DNA of 64,000 nucleotides. It comes from Guillardia theta CCMP2712. Lineage: Eukaryota; Protista; Cryptophyta. Below are positions 11,343 through 21,039 of the stretch, piece after piece. The notes below the pieces were generated by a model that did not search any database, was not told the origin of the DNA, and worked only from the letters and a program-made list of their open reading frames with translations. The DNA is taken from assembly GCF_000315625.1 (NCBI RefSeq), contig NW_005434632.1:33901-97900 (forward strand), in the 5' to 3' direction. The position numbers and the translations under genes were made by a program. Position 1 is the first letter of the stretch, and every line of letters begins with the position of its first letter.

Positions 11343-14300
11343 TTACACGTAGCTTGTCCGTCCTCCTCGTCCATCCCCTCGCTCCTCATCCGGCAAGGGC
11401 TCGTGCTCCTGCCATCCTGCCCGCACTGTCACTGGACGAGGGCAGAGAGCGCGAGGCCTCACCACATGCTTGGCGACACCAGCGCAGGTTCGCCTGCACG
11501 TCACTAGCGACCCTCATCCCCACCCTGACGCAAAGGAGAGAGACGAGAAGCAGGACGACAAGGTGAGAAAGAAGGAGAAGAGCAGCAACCGCACCTTGGA
11601 AGAAGGACACCAAGAATGTAGTCGGACCTTGAGAGCGCCACGGATAGGATGAGATAGAAGACAACGAGCTAACGAGGTTGTCAGACCCTCAGTCCTTTCC
11701 ATCCCCGTGCCTTCATGCATCGCTTACCAGAGCTAGAGCAACAAGGTGGACAAACACGTTGATTGTTGGGTATCCCAGCTCTCCTCCTCCTCCCCCCATC
11801 TGCGAACTTGTGAGCGACACTCTAGCACGCAGCTCTCACCTGGTTGGCCACAAAGCAGTCGAGCGCGTACGCATAGGGCGAGAGAGAGCGGAGGAGAGGA
11901 AGGGGGAAGGGAAGGTCAACAGGAGCTAACGGATACCCGGCAACGAGGAGGAAAAGGAGGAGGAGAAATCCGGCAGCCCAACTGAGGAGCAACGGAGAAG
12001 AAGAGAGATGCGCACTAGCCTTGATGCTCCTCTCACTCCCTGAAACAACAATCTGTACCAAGCGCGTTGTCAGTTGTGCCCAGGAAATGGAAGCTGATCG
12101 ATAGTGAAGATGAAGATGTCGTTGTGAGGGAGATGATGGTTATCACAGGAGAGATAGAATGCCTGAAAGCAGATGGGGAGAATGCCGATGGCCCAGGCGG
12201 AGGCGACGGTGAGGAGGAGGAAAGAGAGGAGGGCGCCAACTTCTTGCTTGAAGCTTGCTGTGAGATAAACGCTGAGGGCCATGCAGGCTGAGCTCAGGCC
12301 CATCTACATCGCGTTGGCATCCGTCAGAAGCATCCGCAAGAGACCATAAGGTGAAGGAAGCAGAGGAAGCAGGGGATGGAAGAGAAGAAGGAAGAGGGAG
12401 GGCGAGAAGAGAAACGAGAGGGCTGAGACCTTGACAAAGAGCTCTCCGGAACAGACGAAGAGTGAGTGAGCAAGCAGCGTCATCCTTCCAGCACACACAT
12501 CCAACCACAACATCCTCTTCTCGAGCGCTGTTCGCCTCCTCACGCTGTCCAACCTGCGGGGGCTTAGCTTGAAACTTCTCCATGTCCCTCGCATGTCACG
12601 TGAAGCAGAGGAGGAGGATGGTGAAGAGCCCGAGACGCTCCTGCATGCCAACGGCGACAGTTTCATCTAGGAGAGTGAGATGGCGCAGCAGCAGGGAGGG
12701 AGAGGCACCGGGAAGGCGAGAGAAGACCAGACCAAGAAGCATCCCGAGAAAGAGCGGGGCAACCTGCCGGGATATGAGCAGTGGCGTGTGCACGACGGGA
12801 TGGAGGGCGGGATGATGGTTGTGGAGGAGAAGAGGGGAGGAGGAGGAGGAGGAGGAAGGGGGAAGTAGTCGACCACATAGCGATGGATTGCTAGCGAATC
12901 TCTGGCGATCAGCTTCCACTGTCTGCCTGTCAGTCTCGAATCTTCCTTACTCATGTCACCTCCATCTCGAGCATGGCAGAGATCCATCGCAGGTCTGCTC
13001 GGTCTGAGCTGGGCAGGCCATCTCGTCCAATCAAAGCAGGAAGAGGAGACTTGCCGCTGCGGACCTTGACAGCAACTTTAGCTGGGAAAGACTCTCATGC
13101 AAGCTCGGGCAGACCTCGAGAGCTTTGCGGCGAGCAGAGCGATAGGAGTCGGAGTCTGCGTTCATGACAAGGTACTTGTCGACCTGCAGGGATGTAGGTG
13201 AGAAACGCTCAGGAGCTCGATGGGCTCCAACTTGGTTGGAAGGGAGCATGAAGATTCCATGACTGAGCATGTCAGACGTAGAGAATTCGGCGAGCAGTGC
13301 GAGAGAGGAGCCGCTCAATCCGGAGAAGTGCTTCCTGTCCAGCGAGTTTGCGGTGAACCAGGTGCTGAAGGAGGAGGCGGGGCCTTGATAGATGGTCTTG
13401 CCGTCCTTGGACTGCAGGCAGAGGATCAGTCGCCTCCGCACAAGCCGACGGGGAGCACAAACCAGCACAAAGATGTCAGAGAAGAGGCTCAGGCAGCCTG
13501 GAGGGACTTGAGGGACTGCCATGATCACGGCGTAGGCATGGGAGGTGCTGGAGACAAGGTTAGAGGAGCGGGAGCAAGAGTAGCGGAGGACCTGAGGCGA
13601 GACATGGCCTCGAGAAAGACAACAGACTGCCACCACTCACTGTCAGTGTGATCATATCAGGAAGGATGAGACACCTGAGAAGGGGAGAGCTGGCAGGTAG
13701 GATTGTTCAGCAGAAGCATTCCTGCACATCCGATGATCTCGCGGGCGACTCGAAGAATCCTCTTGTTCGCCTGCCATCTTCATCAGACCAAAGGCTGGCA
13801 GCTCTTTCTGCAGGGATAACCGGGGAGAGGTCACAGTAGCGCGTGTTGTTGACCTCTGCTATCCCCAACATGTCGAGCACCTGATCTGCCATCCCAGACT
13901 AGCACAGGTGTCAGAGCTAGCTCACATTCCCAGCTAGCTGGGGACCTGCTCCGCAGTACTGAGAAAAGTGACTCGGACTTGAATGGTGTATAATAGGATC
14001 TCCAAGCTGGTCAGCTGCTCAGGCATGACGTCTGCCGCCTCCAAGTCGACGTATGCGACTACTCTAGGATCAACGTCCTAAGGTGAAGATCAGCAGGAGC
14101 TGGCACGGGAGAAGGAGCAGTCAATCATCACAGTGGGTTCCTGGCCATTCCAGGTCACTGTTCCTCCCACAAACGTCCCAGTGTGCACAGCGTTGTATGC
14201 TAAAGTGCGATGGCCGTCAAAGTGGGCACCGGGAGCCAAGGACGTATACCTGAAGAAGCAGCACAGGGGTAGATACTCCTCAGCCCATTCATGAGCGGGA

Positions 14301-14757
14301 CCGTCAAGCTAGATGGCCCGATGAACGTGGCAACCTGAGGCATGGATCATCGGTCAGCAAACAACCCCCCGAAACCTTGTTGACCTCCCCAGACTTGACG
14401 CAGCCCGTGACTGGTCCCACCAGTCTCACCCTATCTGAACCTGATGGTCACGAGCAGTTCAGCACTTAGACACTAGCAAACAAGTGTGACCATCTCTGTG
14501 AAGTACTTCGAGATCTTCGAAGGAGATGGCGAACTCAGCTCTGTTGAGAGCTTTCTCCAAGTGGCCGTCCATGTCGAAGCAGGTGTATTGAAATGTTTTA
14601 GCAGGATAAGGTTCTTCAAGCAGCCATCTTGCAAGAAGAAGAATAAGTACAAGGAAGCTGAGGATTCATTCACATTCAGCTCTCCTTCTGCTCTTTCTCC
14701 TCTCCCTCGCACTACTACTCTCACCTCCTCGTTATCGTCCTGGATTTCTTCCAACAT
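11343..14757 (-). CDS. ABCG/White-like half transporter with degenerate nucleotide-binding domain (many exons)
   Basis: Spliced translation gives AISFEDL, GPVTGCVKSGE|VATFIGPSSLTVPLMN (Walker A position), VAYVDLEAADVMPEQLTSLEILLY (Q-loop region), VIMAVPQ...LFSDIFVL...DGKTIYQGP (H-loop region), then an ABC2-type membrane segment MQERLGLFTILL. Both ends are approximate. Confidence 0.6.
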
Positions 14758-14822
14758 CCTATTTCCGAGCAAAAGTAACCGTTCTGTAACGTTTCGACAA
14801 CTGGGAGTGAGATGATGAAATA

Positions 14823-15204
14823 GGCCCGTTTCCCGCCGGCTCCCAGATTCCAGATTCCAGATTTTTTCATACAAATATAAGTCAAATTCTTTTTTTTCTA
14901 CTCCAAATGTTTTGGAGAACTCAACTATAAGTCATTTTAATTTGAGAATGAAACGATGCGGTTGACTTTCCCAGATTTTGCTTTTCGAATGGGCAGGCAC
15001 TATATGGAAATATACTATTAGCTCAATCGAGAAAAATTGTTAGAAGGTAGGGAGGGTACGCTGGGAGCATCAAATATGAACAGGCAGTGGACCCACCCCC
15101 TGTCAGTATGTATTGAAAGCACCGGTGAATATTTCGGGGTAAATTTCAAATTAGTTTGAATAAAGTCAAAAATCTGGAATCTGGGAGCCGGCGGGAAACG
15201 GGCC
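14823..15204. mobile_element. PIF/Harbinger (Tourist-like) MITE, 382 bp
   Basis: TIR ggcccgtttcccgccggctcccagattccagatt at 14823, with its reverse complement ending at 15204. 3-bp TSD ATA at 14820-14822 and 15205-15207. AT-rich non-coding interior. Confidence 0.88.
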
Positions 15205-15483
15205 ATAGCTTTTCATCCCCGATCACCCACTGACCGTACTCCACTAGTACATCGCCTCTGAGTCTCCCACGGCCATGACGACTGCCAGGCTCTAAGGAGA
15301 CAACTGTGACTTGCAAGGAAATGAGCGCTAAACAAAATCAGGTTTGGATGAACACCCGGAGTCTGGTGGTGATATAGCTGTTCATTGCATCGCACAAGTA
15401 TAATAACCTATGACTCTATCAACACTATCTATGAACAAGGTCCCATGTCATTTATACACACTGACGCCATTCGGGACAAGGAG

Positions 15484-15903
15484 TCAAGGAGCGCTCTTGC
15501 ATCGGGCTCTATCTCCTTCCATCACAAAGTTCCCCGCACGGTCGATGGATGGGCCAAGCCCTGACCCGGCCCTCTTGACCGCCCCAAGAAGCCCTCCTTC
15601 CTCCAGCCTCCCCCCCTGGTCGATCGCTGGCCGCCTGATGCTCCCAAGACTGCACATCATGCACGTGACGCAGCTCGGCGATCGGCAGGCGACCTGCTGC
15701 TCCTCGAAGTCCTCCAGCTGCCGGGCGTACATCCGAGAGGGAAGAAGAGAGAGGCTGCTGCAGTGTAGGAGACGGTGGGGGCGGGGGGGTGAAGGCTGAT
15801 GGTCTGCAGAGACACCAGCAAGCAAGCTGAGAGGCTTGGGAGCAGCGCGGGGAGACGCGTGGACGGACAGGCGGCGGAGGGAGCGCGAGCATCGGTGCCA
15901 CAT
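15484..15903 (-). CDS. Small Cys-containing protein, copy A (139 aa), putative mitochondrial presequence
   Basis: ATG 15903 MWHRCSRSLRRLSV...GLGPSIDRAGNF...KSAP*. It is preceded by a TATA-like box and a CT-rich leader. A diverged paralog at 19846-20277 conserves this frame. Confidence 0.6.
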   Translation of the reverse strand: MWHRCSRSLRRLSVHASPRAAPKPLSLLAGVSADHQPSPPRPHRLLHCSSLSLLPSRMYARQLEDFEEQQVACRSPSCVTCMMCSLGSIRRPAIDQGGRLEEGGLLGAVKRAGSGLGPSIDRAGNFVMEGDRARCKSAP

Positions 15904-17101
15904 CTTGTCAGTCGTGGTCATGCAGGAGATCAACACAGGAGGAGGAGGAAGAGGGGCTGGGAGAGAGGGTGGGAAGGGGTGTGGGAGAGAGGGTGGGAGG
16001 GGCAGATAGGAAAGAGCGAGGTAACTGAGATAGAGAGTGAGCTGGGCTTGAGCGTCAAGGTGAAGAGCGATGAAGGCACTGAAGGGCGGAGCAGATCGGA
16101 TGGTGCAGTGGGTAAAGGGGCTGAGGAGTTTATAGGCGGAGACTCGTTTGTTTTACTACAGGATCGTGTACTGGAAACCGTGATCTGCTTATTACTTTCC
16201 TCCTCTTTCTGGTTCCAACCGCTGAGCTTCCAGGAGCAGTTGCTATCTTAACGGCTCTAATTCTCGAAGAGCCATGCGAGAGGATGTGCTTTTGAGGAGC
16301 ATGACAGGAACATCTCGCGACGGTTGGGAAGGTTTTTACTCCGTGTCGACTCCGAAGACTCTGAGAGATCGGTTCTGCCAATGGCACGCCTCGCCATCGA
16401 CCATCACTGATCATGTCTCCAAGTCTGCCGTGCAGTGCCGCTGCAATGCCCAGCATGCGTTCCATGATTGGTTTCTCCTCGTAGTACCCCGGGTGACCCG
16501 GCAAGTCTCAGCAGCTGACTCTGTGAGTCAGGCTCTCGGTCTCCCGGCGAGGCCCGCTCGCCCGGCCCCTTCCCTGAGTGACTCTGTTGACCGTACTCGA
16601 TATCAGGCTTCAGTCACCGGGCGACTCGGCGACTCGGACTGAGCCTCAGGCTGAACATCACGCCGCGCGGACCGATCCGATGATCATCGGCGGCGGCGGA
16701 TCGAGTCAAGGCGGCGGCCCGGGCCGGACCGCCGGGCCAACCCGGGGGGTACACTGACCGTGACAGGCCGCGGCGATGGAACGCATGCTGGGCATTGCAG
16801 CGGCACTGCACGGCAGACTTGGAGACATGATCAGTGATGGTCGATGGCGAGGCGTGCCAGTGAGGCCGAACTGCCAGGCATCAAAAGCCAGAGGACGGCC
16901 TAATTGGCAGAACTGATCTCTTCGGAGTCGACACTTAATCCTCAAAAGCACATCCTCTCGCATGGCTCTTCGAGAATTAGAGCCGTTAAGATAGCAACTG
17001 CTCCTGGAAGTTGAGCGGTTGGAACCAGAAAGAGGAGGAAAGTAATAAGCAGATCACGGTTTCCAGTACACGATCCTGTAGTAAAACAAACGAGTCTCCG
17101 C

Positions 17102-17108
17102 CTATAAA
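17102..17108 (+). promoter_or_regulatory. TATA-like box of the duplicated small gene (mirror copy near 16129-16135 on minus)
   Basis: ctataaa followed by about 200 bp of CT-rich leader that runs into the ATG in the uninterrupted copy A. Confidence 0.4.
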
Positions 17109-17899
17109 CTCCTCAGCCCCTTTACCCACTGCACCATCCGATCTGCTCCGCCCTTCAGTGCCTTCATCGCTCTTCACCTTGACGCTCAAGCCCAGCTCAC
17201 TCTCTATCTCAGTTACCTCGCTCTTTCCTATCTGCCCCTCCCACCCTCTCTCCCACACCCCTTCCCACCCTCTCTCCCAGCCCCTCTTCCTCCTCCTCCT
17301 GTGTTGATCTCCTGCATCATTGAATATCCTCTGTGAGGAGATACTACCGATACGAAGGGGGTAGGGTGGTGGAGGGGGGAACTTCTGTACCAGGAAACCT
17401 CTCTTTTGTACCAATATGTTTTCATACAGTACAATCTATACTACCATGTATGTGATGGGTAAAACTAAAATTGCAGTACCTCTAAAACCAAGGCGGGGGA
17501 AGGGTTCCACGCCAGAGAAATTCAAATCACCCCACCCCGCTTTTGTCCAGTCTCTCTACCCCCCCTTTGATCGGTGAAAACAGGGGGTACTCCGTAGTCA
17601 ACAGGGAGTGTATATACGGACCCCATGTGAACCCCCAAAAAAGTAGAAAAAAAAAGACCAGATTTGCTAGGGGCTGCATATGGGTTTGTGAACGGCATGG
17701 CCGCTTGCCGGCCAGCGGAAGCCTTCCGTGGCAGCCTGGGACTTCAGATCGTAATCAGCCCCCGAGTACCGTAGTACGCTGTCACTCGCCGGGGCCATTC
17801 GGCGTTATCACCCAGGCCCGGGCCGGGGCCTCGGATCCGAATGATGGTATCTTAGGATCGTAGGAGCGATGGTATCTTGCCTCCCATGTCAAGGTTTCC

Positions 17900-17919
17900 T
17901 TAGGGTTTAGGGTTTAGGG
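17900..17919 (+). repeat. Interstitial telomere-like tract TTAGGG(TTTAGGG)2
   Basis: ttagggtttagggtttaggg directly before the Ulp1 ORF. Confidence 0.7.
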
Positions 17920-17920
17920 C

Positions 17921-19450
17921 GTGGTGGAATCAAGCAGAACGAGACAAGAAGGTGAGAAAAAGAATGACAAAAAAAATCCAAAAAACAGAACAATACAAAC
18001 ATTCGACTTGATAGGGGAGATCCCCTGGAGTCTACGGGAAAACAATAGAGAGTACGGAGCAGCGGCGCTGCTCAACTCAGGAGAAGATGGATTTCTCTCT
18101 GAGGACGTTATGGAGGCATTAATCGTTGAGGTAAACCGCAATTTAGAACCAGCGGAAGACAGATTTCAAATAGCATGGCCCCAAGGCACGAGGTATGCCA
18201 ACGAGCAAACTAGAAACCAATTTGGGCTGCAGAGAGGGACCATTGTTCTCCCGAGAATAGTAGCGGGTTTGAGAGATCAGGAGGGAAGGGCACGGAGAGC
18301 AAAACGACTGCTAGCCGGGGCAGCTCAACCATTCTTATTCCCTTGCGTAGAGAACGGCAATCATTGGATTCTAATCGTGGCAGATGTTAACACAAAAAGA
18401 ATACACATCGTCGACTCGCTTAGCACGGCCCTTGAGAGAGACCTGGGGACAGTCAGAAGCCAAAGGGAGGCACAGTTTCAATTGGGGGGCGCACAGCGAA
18501 TGGACCTAGCATCACTCATGGCGACGATTATCACCGAGGCAATTAGCGATCAACAAGAACACTGTGACGACACGGCATGGAGGGCATGTGTGTCAACTGG
18601 GCTGCAACAAACAGACGGCTACAATTGTGGAATTTTCGTTTTGCTGCATCTGCTGCTGATCGCAAAGACACGAAGGAAAACACAACAACAAGATATCTTC
18701 AACACAGGGAGGCAACAAGGCGTCCCCCCCCATCAGCAATGGCTCATGCGAACAAGACATCTGCTGCTGGATGGGCTCTGGGGGGGGGGTATGGAACATG
18801 TGCACACGCGAGAAACAATACAACGCATCTGCAGAGCTCTACAGCACGCGCAAGATTCAGGTTACAAGGAATGGCAAGTTGCAGAGCTCACCATGGAACG
18901 TATACCTAACCGGATGGAAAGGCGAGAAGACGGCCAAGAACGCGCAGGCGATCTACAGGCGACCCAGGCATCTGAAGATGCACGGCTACAGGAGAGATTG
19001 GAAGACGAGCCAGTGACCACGACTGACAAGATGTGGCACCGATGCTCGCGCTCCCTCCGCCGCCTGTCCGTCCACGCGTCTCCCCGCGCTGCTCCCAAGC
19101 CTCTCAGCTTGCTTGCTGGTGTCTCTGCAGACCATCAGCCTTCACCCCCCCGCCCCCACCGTCTCCTACACTGCAGCAGCCTCTCTCTTCTTCCCTCTCG
19201 GATGTACGCCCGGCAGCTGGAGGACTTCGAGGAGCAGCAGGTCGCCTGCCGATCGCCGAGCTGCGTCACGTGCATGATGTGCAGTCTTGGGAGCATCAGG
19301 CGGCCAGCGATCGACCAGGGGGGGAGGCTGGAGGAAGGAGGGCTTCTTGGGGCGGTCAAGAGGGCCGGGTCAGGGCTTGGCCCATCCATCGACCGTGCGG
19401 GGAACTTTGTGATGGAAGGAGATAGAGCCCGATGCAAGAGCGCTCCTTGA
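17921..19450 (+). CDS. Ulp1/C48 SUMO-protease domain fused in frame to small Cys-protein copy B
   Basis: C48 triad motifs NHWILIVAD, IVDSL and QQTDGYNCG. The frame continues into MWHRC... (ATG 19031), identical to copy A. The ORF opens with GTG; the first ATG is near 18110. Confidence 0.7.
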   Translation: MVESSRTRQEGEKKNDKKNPKNRTIQTFDLIGEIPWSLRENNREYGAAALLNSGEDGFLSEDVMEALIVEVNRNLEPAEDRFQIAWPQGTRYANEQTRNQFGLQRGTIVLPRIVAGLRDQEGRARRAKRLLAGAAQPFLFPCVENGNHWILIVADVNTKRIHIVDSLSTALERDLGTVRSQREAQFQLGGAQRMDLASLMATIITEAISDQQEHCDDTAWRACVSTGLQQTDGYNCGIFVLLHLLLIAKTRRKTQQQDIFNTGRQQGVPPHQQWLMRTRHLLLDGLWGGGMEHVHTRETIQRICRALQHAQDSGYKEWQVAELTMERIPNRMERREDGQERAGDLQATQASEDARLQERLEDEPVTTTDKMWHRCSRSLRRLSVHASPRAAPKPLSLLAGVSADHQPSPPRPHRLLHCSSLSLLPSRMYARQLEDFEEQQVACRSPSCVTCMMCSLGSIRRPAIDQGGRLEEGGLLGAVKRAGSGLGPSIDRAGNFVMEGDRARCKSAP

Positions 19451-19845
19451 CTCCTTGTCCCGAATGGCGTCAGTGTGTATAAATGACATGGGACCTTGTT
19501 CATAGATAGTGTTGATAGAGTCATAGGTTATTATACTTGTGCGATGCAATGAACAGCTATATCACCACCAGACTCCGGGTGTTCATCCAAACCTGATTTT
19601 GTTTAGCGCTCATTTCCTTGCAAGTCACAGTTGTCTTGTTAGCCGCTCCTTAGCGCCTGGCAGTCGTCATGGCCGTGGGAGATGTATGGGTCATCGGGAA
19701 TGTTCTTCGGCATCAAGTTGAGGTGCCGAGTAGTTGCGGTGCAACATTTGTTGAGGAGAGCTATCCGATGCCCATATCAAGTTGAATTGAGGGGTTTACA
19801 TGAGGCATTGGCAGCAGGCTACATTGCCAGGTTGTATAAACACTT

Positions 19846-20277
19846 TTAATGTACAGATGTCGTAAAGTTACCCTCCCTGTCTATGGAGGGACCGAGTCCA
19901 TGGGCTGCTTTCATCATTACGCCGAGAGCCCCTTCGTTGGAAACGTTTCCAGCAGAGTCGATGGAAGGTTGGGATAGAACGCCTATGGTGCTTGTACTGC
20001 ACGAGATACAGCCAGTGCATTTGCAGCGAACTCGTTCCTCGTTGAATTCCCGTTGCTGTCTGGCATGCAGACTGGCGTGGCCGCCACAGAAACTTGAGGT
20101 TTGCAAGCTAGAAAACAGTTTGGGCGTCGCAGTGCAGCTTCCTCTCCGGCAGGACGTCGGGATGCTGGGCTGGTGCTTGGCCTTCCAGGATCCGCGAGGA
20201 GACCCACAAGTGCTTGAAAGGCGGAGAGATCGAAGTTGTGAGAGGATCAGGAGCTCAGAGCTACGACGGCAGAGCAT
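19846..20277 (-). CDS. Small Cys-containing protein, diverged paralog (143 aa)
   Basis: Shares ARQ..F.E..V.CxxxxCxxC...P.ID..G...G.LG...GLGPSIDR.GNF with copies A and B despite strong nucleotide divergence. Confidence 0.65.
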   Translation of the reverse strand: MLCRRSSELLILSQLRSLRLSSTCGSPRGSWKAKHQPSIPTSCRRGSCTATPKLFSSLQTSSFCGGHASLHARQQREFNEERVRCKCTGCISCSTSTIGVLSQPSIDSAGNVSNEGALGVMMKAAHGLGPSIDREGNFTTSVH

Positions 20278-20871
20278 TGTCGACTGGGTGTGAGAGGAGT
20301 TGAGAGAAGGAGGGATGGATGGAGCAGGGAAGGGCTGGAGGATAAGAGGAAACAGAGGAGGACGGAGAGGCGAGAGAAATTAATAAAGGGGGAGACCCGG
20401 AGATATGATAAGGAGTCGTTTCACTTACAGAGGTCTCAGAATTGTCAGCAGTTGTTCACGGCTTTTTTTCTATGTAAGACCAGATGCACAAATCCAAACC
20501 GAAGTACACGAAAAAGAGTCTTTTCATCTCCTCCAGGTGTTAAGAGAACACCTGGCCGTGCGGCTTGAAATCATGAGCTAATGGCTGGCGAAGCACCTCC
20601 AGGCTAATAGAAGCAGCTGCCTGCATCCATCGGTTAGAAACAATCTGAGGCAAGCTCGATTCTAGCGCCTTCTTTTCATCATGACAATCAATGACTGACT
20701 GGCATAATCTATGAAACCACATGTTTTCGATAGCCGCCCCGTCCAATCCCAACGGGCACCTCTCAATGTACTCCGAAGTAAAAAACTGCCACGAACCGAG
20801 ATTCAATCGAACTAGCGCGATGACCCGGTGATGCTGGAATGACAGTCAACTCTGCGACTCTCATCAACTCA

Positions 20872-20986
20872 GCGTAACGTGCATCACGTCATCATGTGCC
20901 GTCTTGGGAGCATCAGGCGGCCAGCGATCGACCAGGGGGGGAGGCTGGAGGAAGGAGGGCTTCTTGGGGCGGTCAAGAGGGCCGGG
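20872..20986 (+). pseudogene. Fragment of the small Cys-protein gene
   Basis: Near-identical to about 19262-19369 (LGSIRRPAIDQGGRLEEGGLLGAVKRAG) and truncated at both ends. Confidence 0.8.
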
Positions 20987-21039
20987 AAGGGACCACAGCT
21001 GTGCATTGCAGGAGCAGGAGCGGCTCTTGATGGCTTCGT

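Larger units (their letters stand above)
15263..19682. repeat. Inverted segmental duplication: 15263-16465 versus 16776-17316 plus 19014-19682
   Basis: 15920-16465 is the near-identical reverse complement of 16776-17317, and 15263-15920 of 19014-19682. A 310-bp GC-rich spacer lies at 16466-16775. The right copy carries an extra 1.7 kb. Confidence 0.93.

Noticed and set aside
17317-19013. Firm Helitron call for the insertion
   Set aside because: The A|T site and 5' TC fit, but the end is CCAG rather than CTRR, no subterminal hairpin is visible, and the interior is a mosaic.
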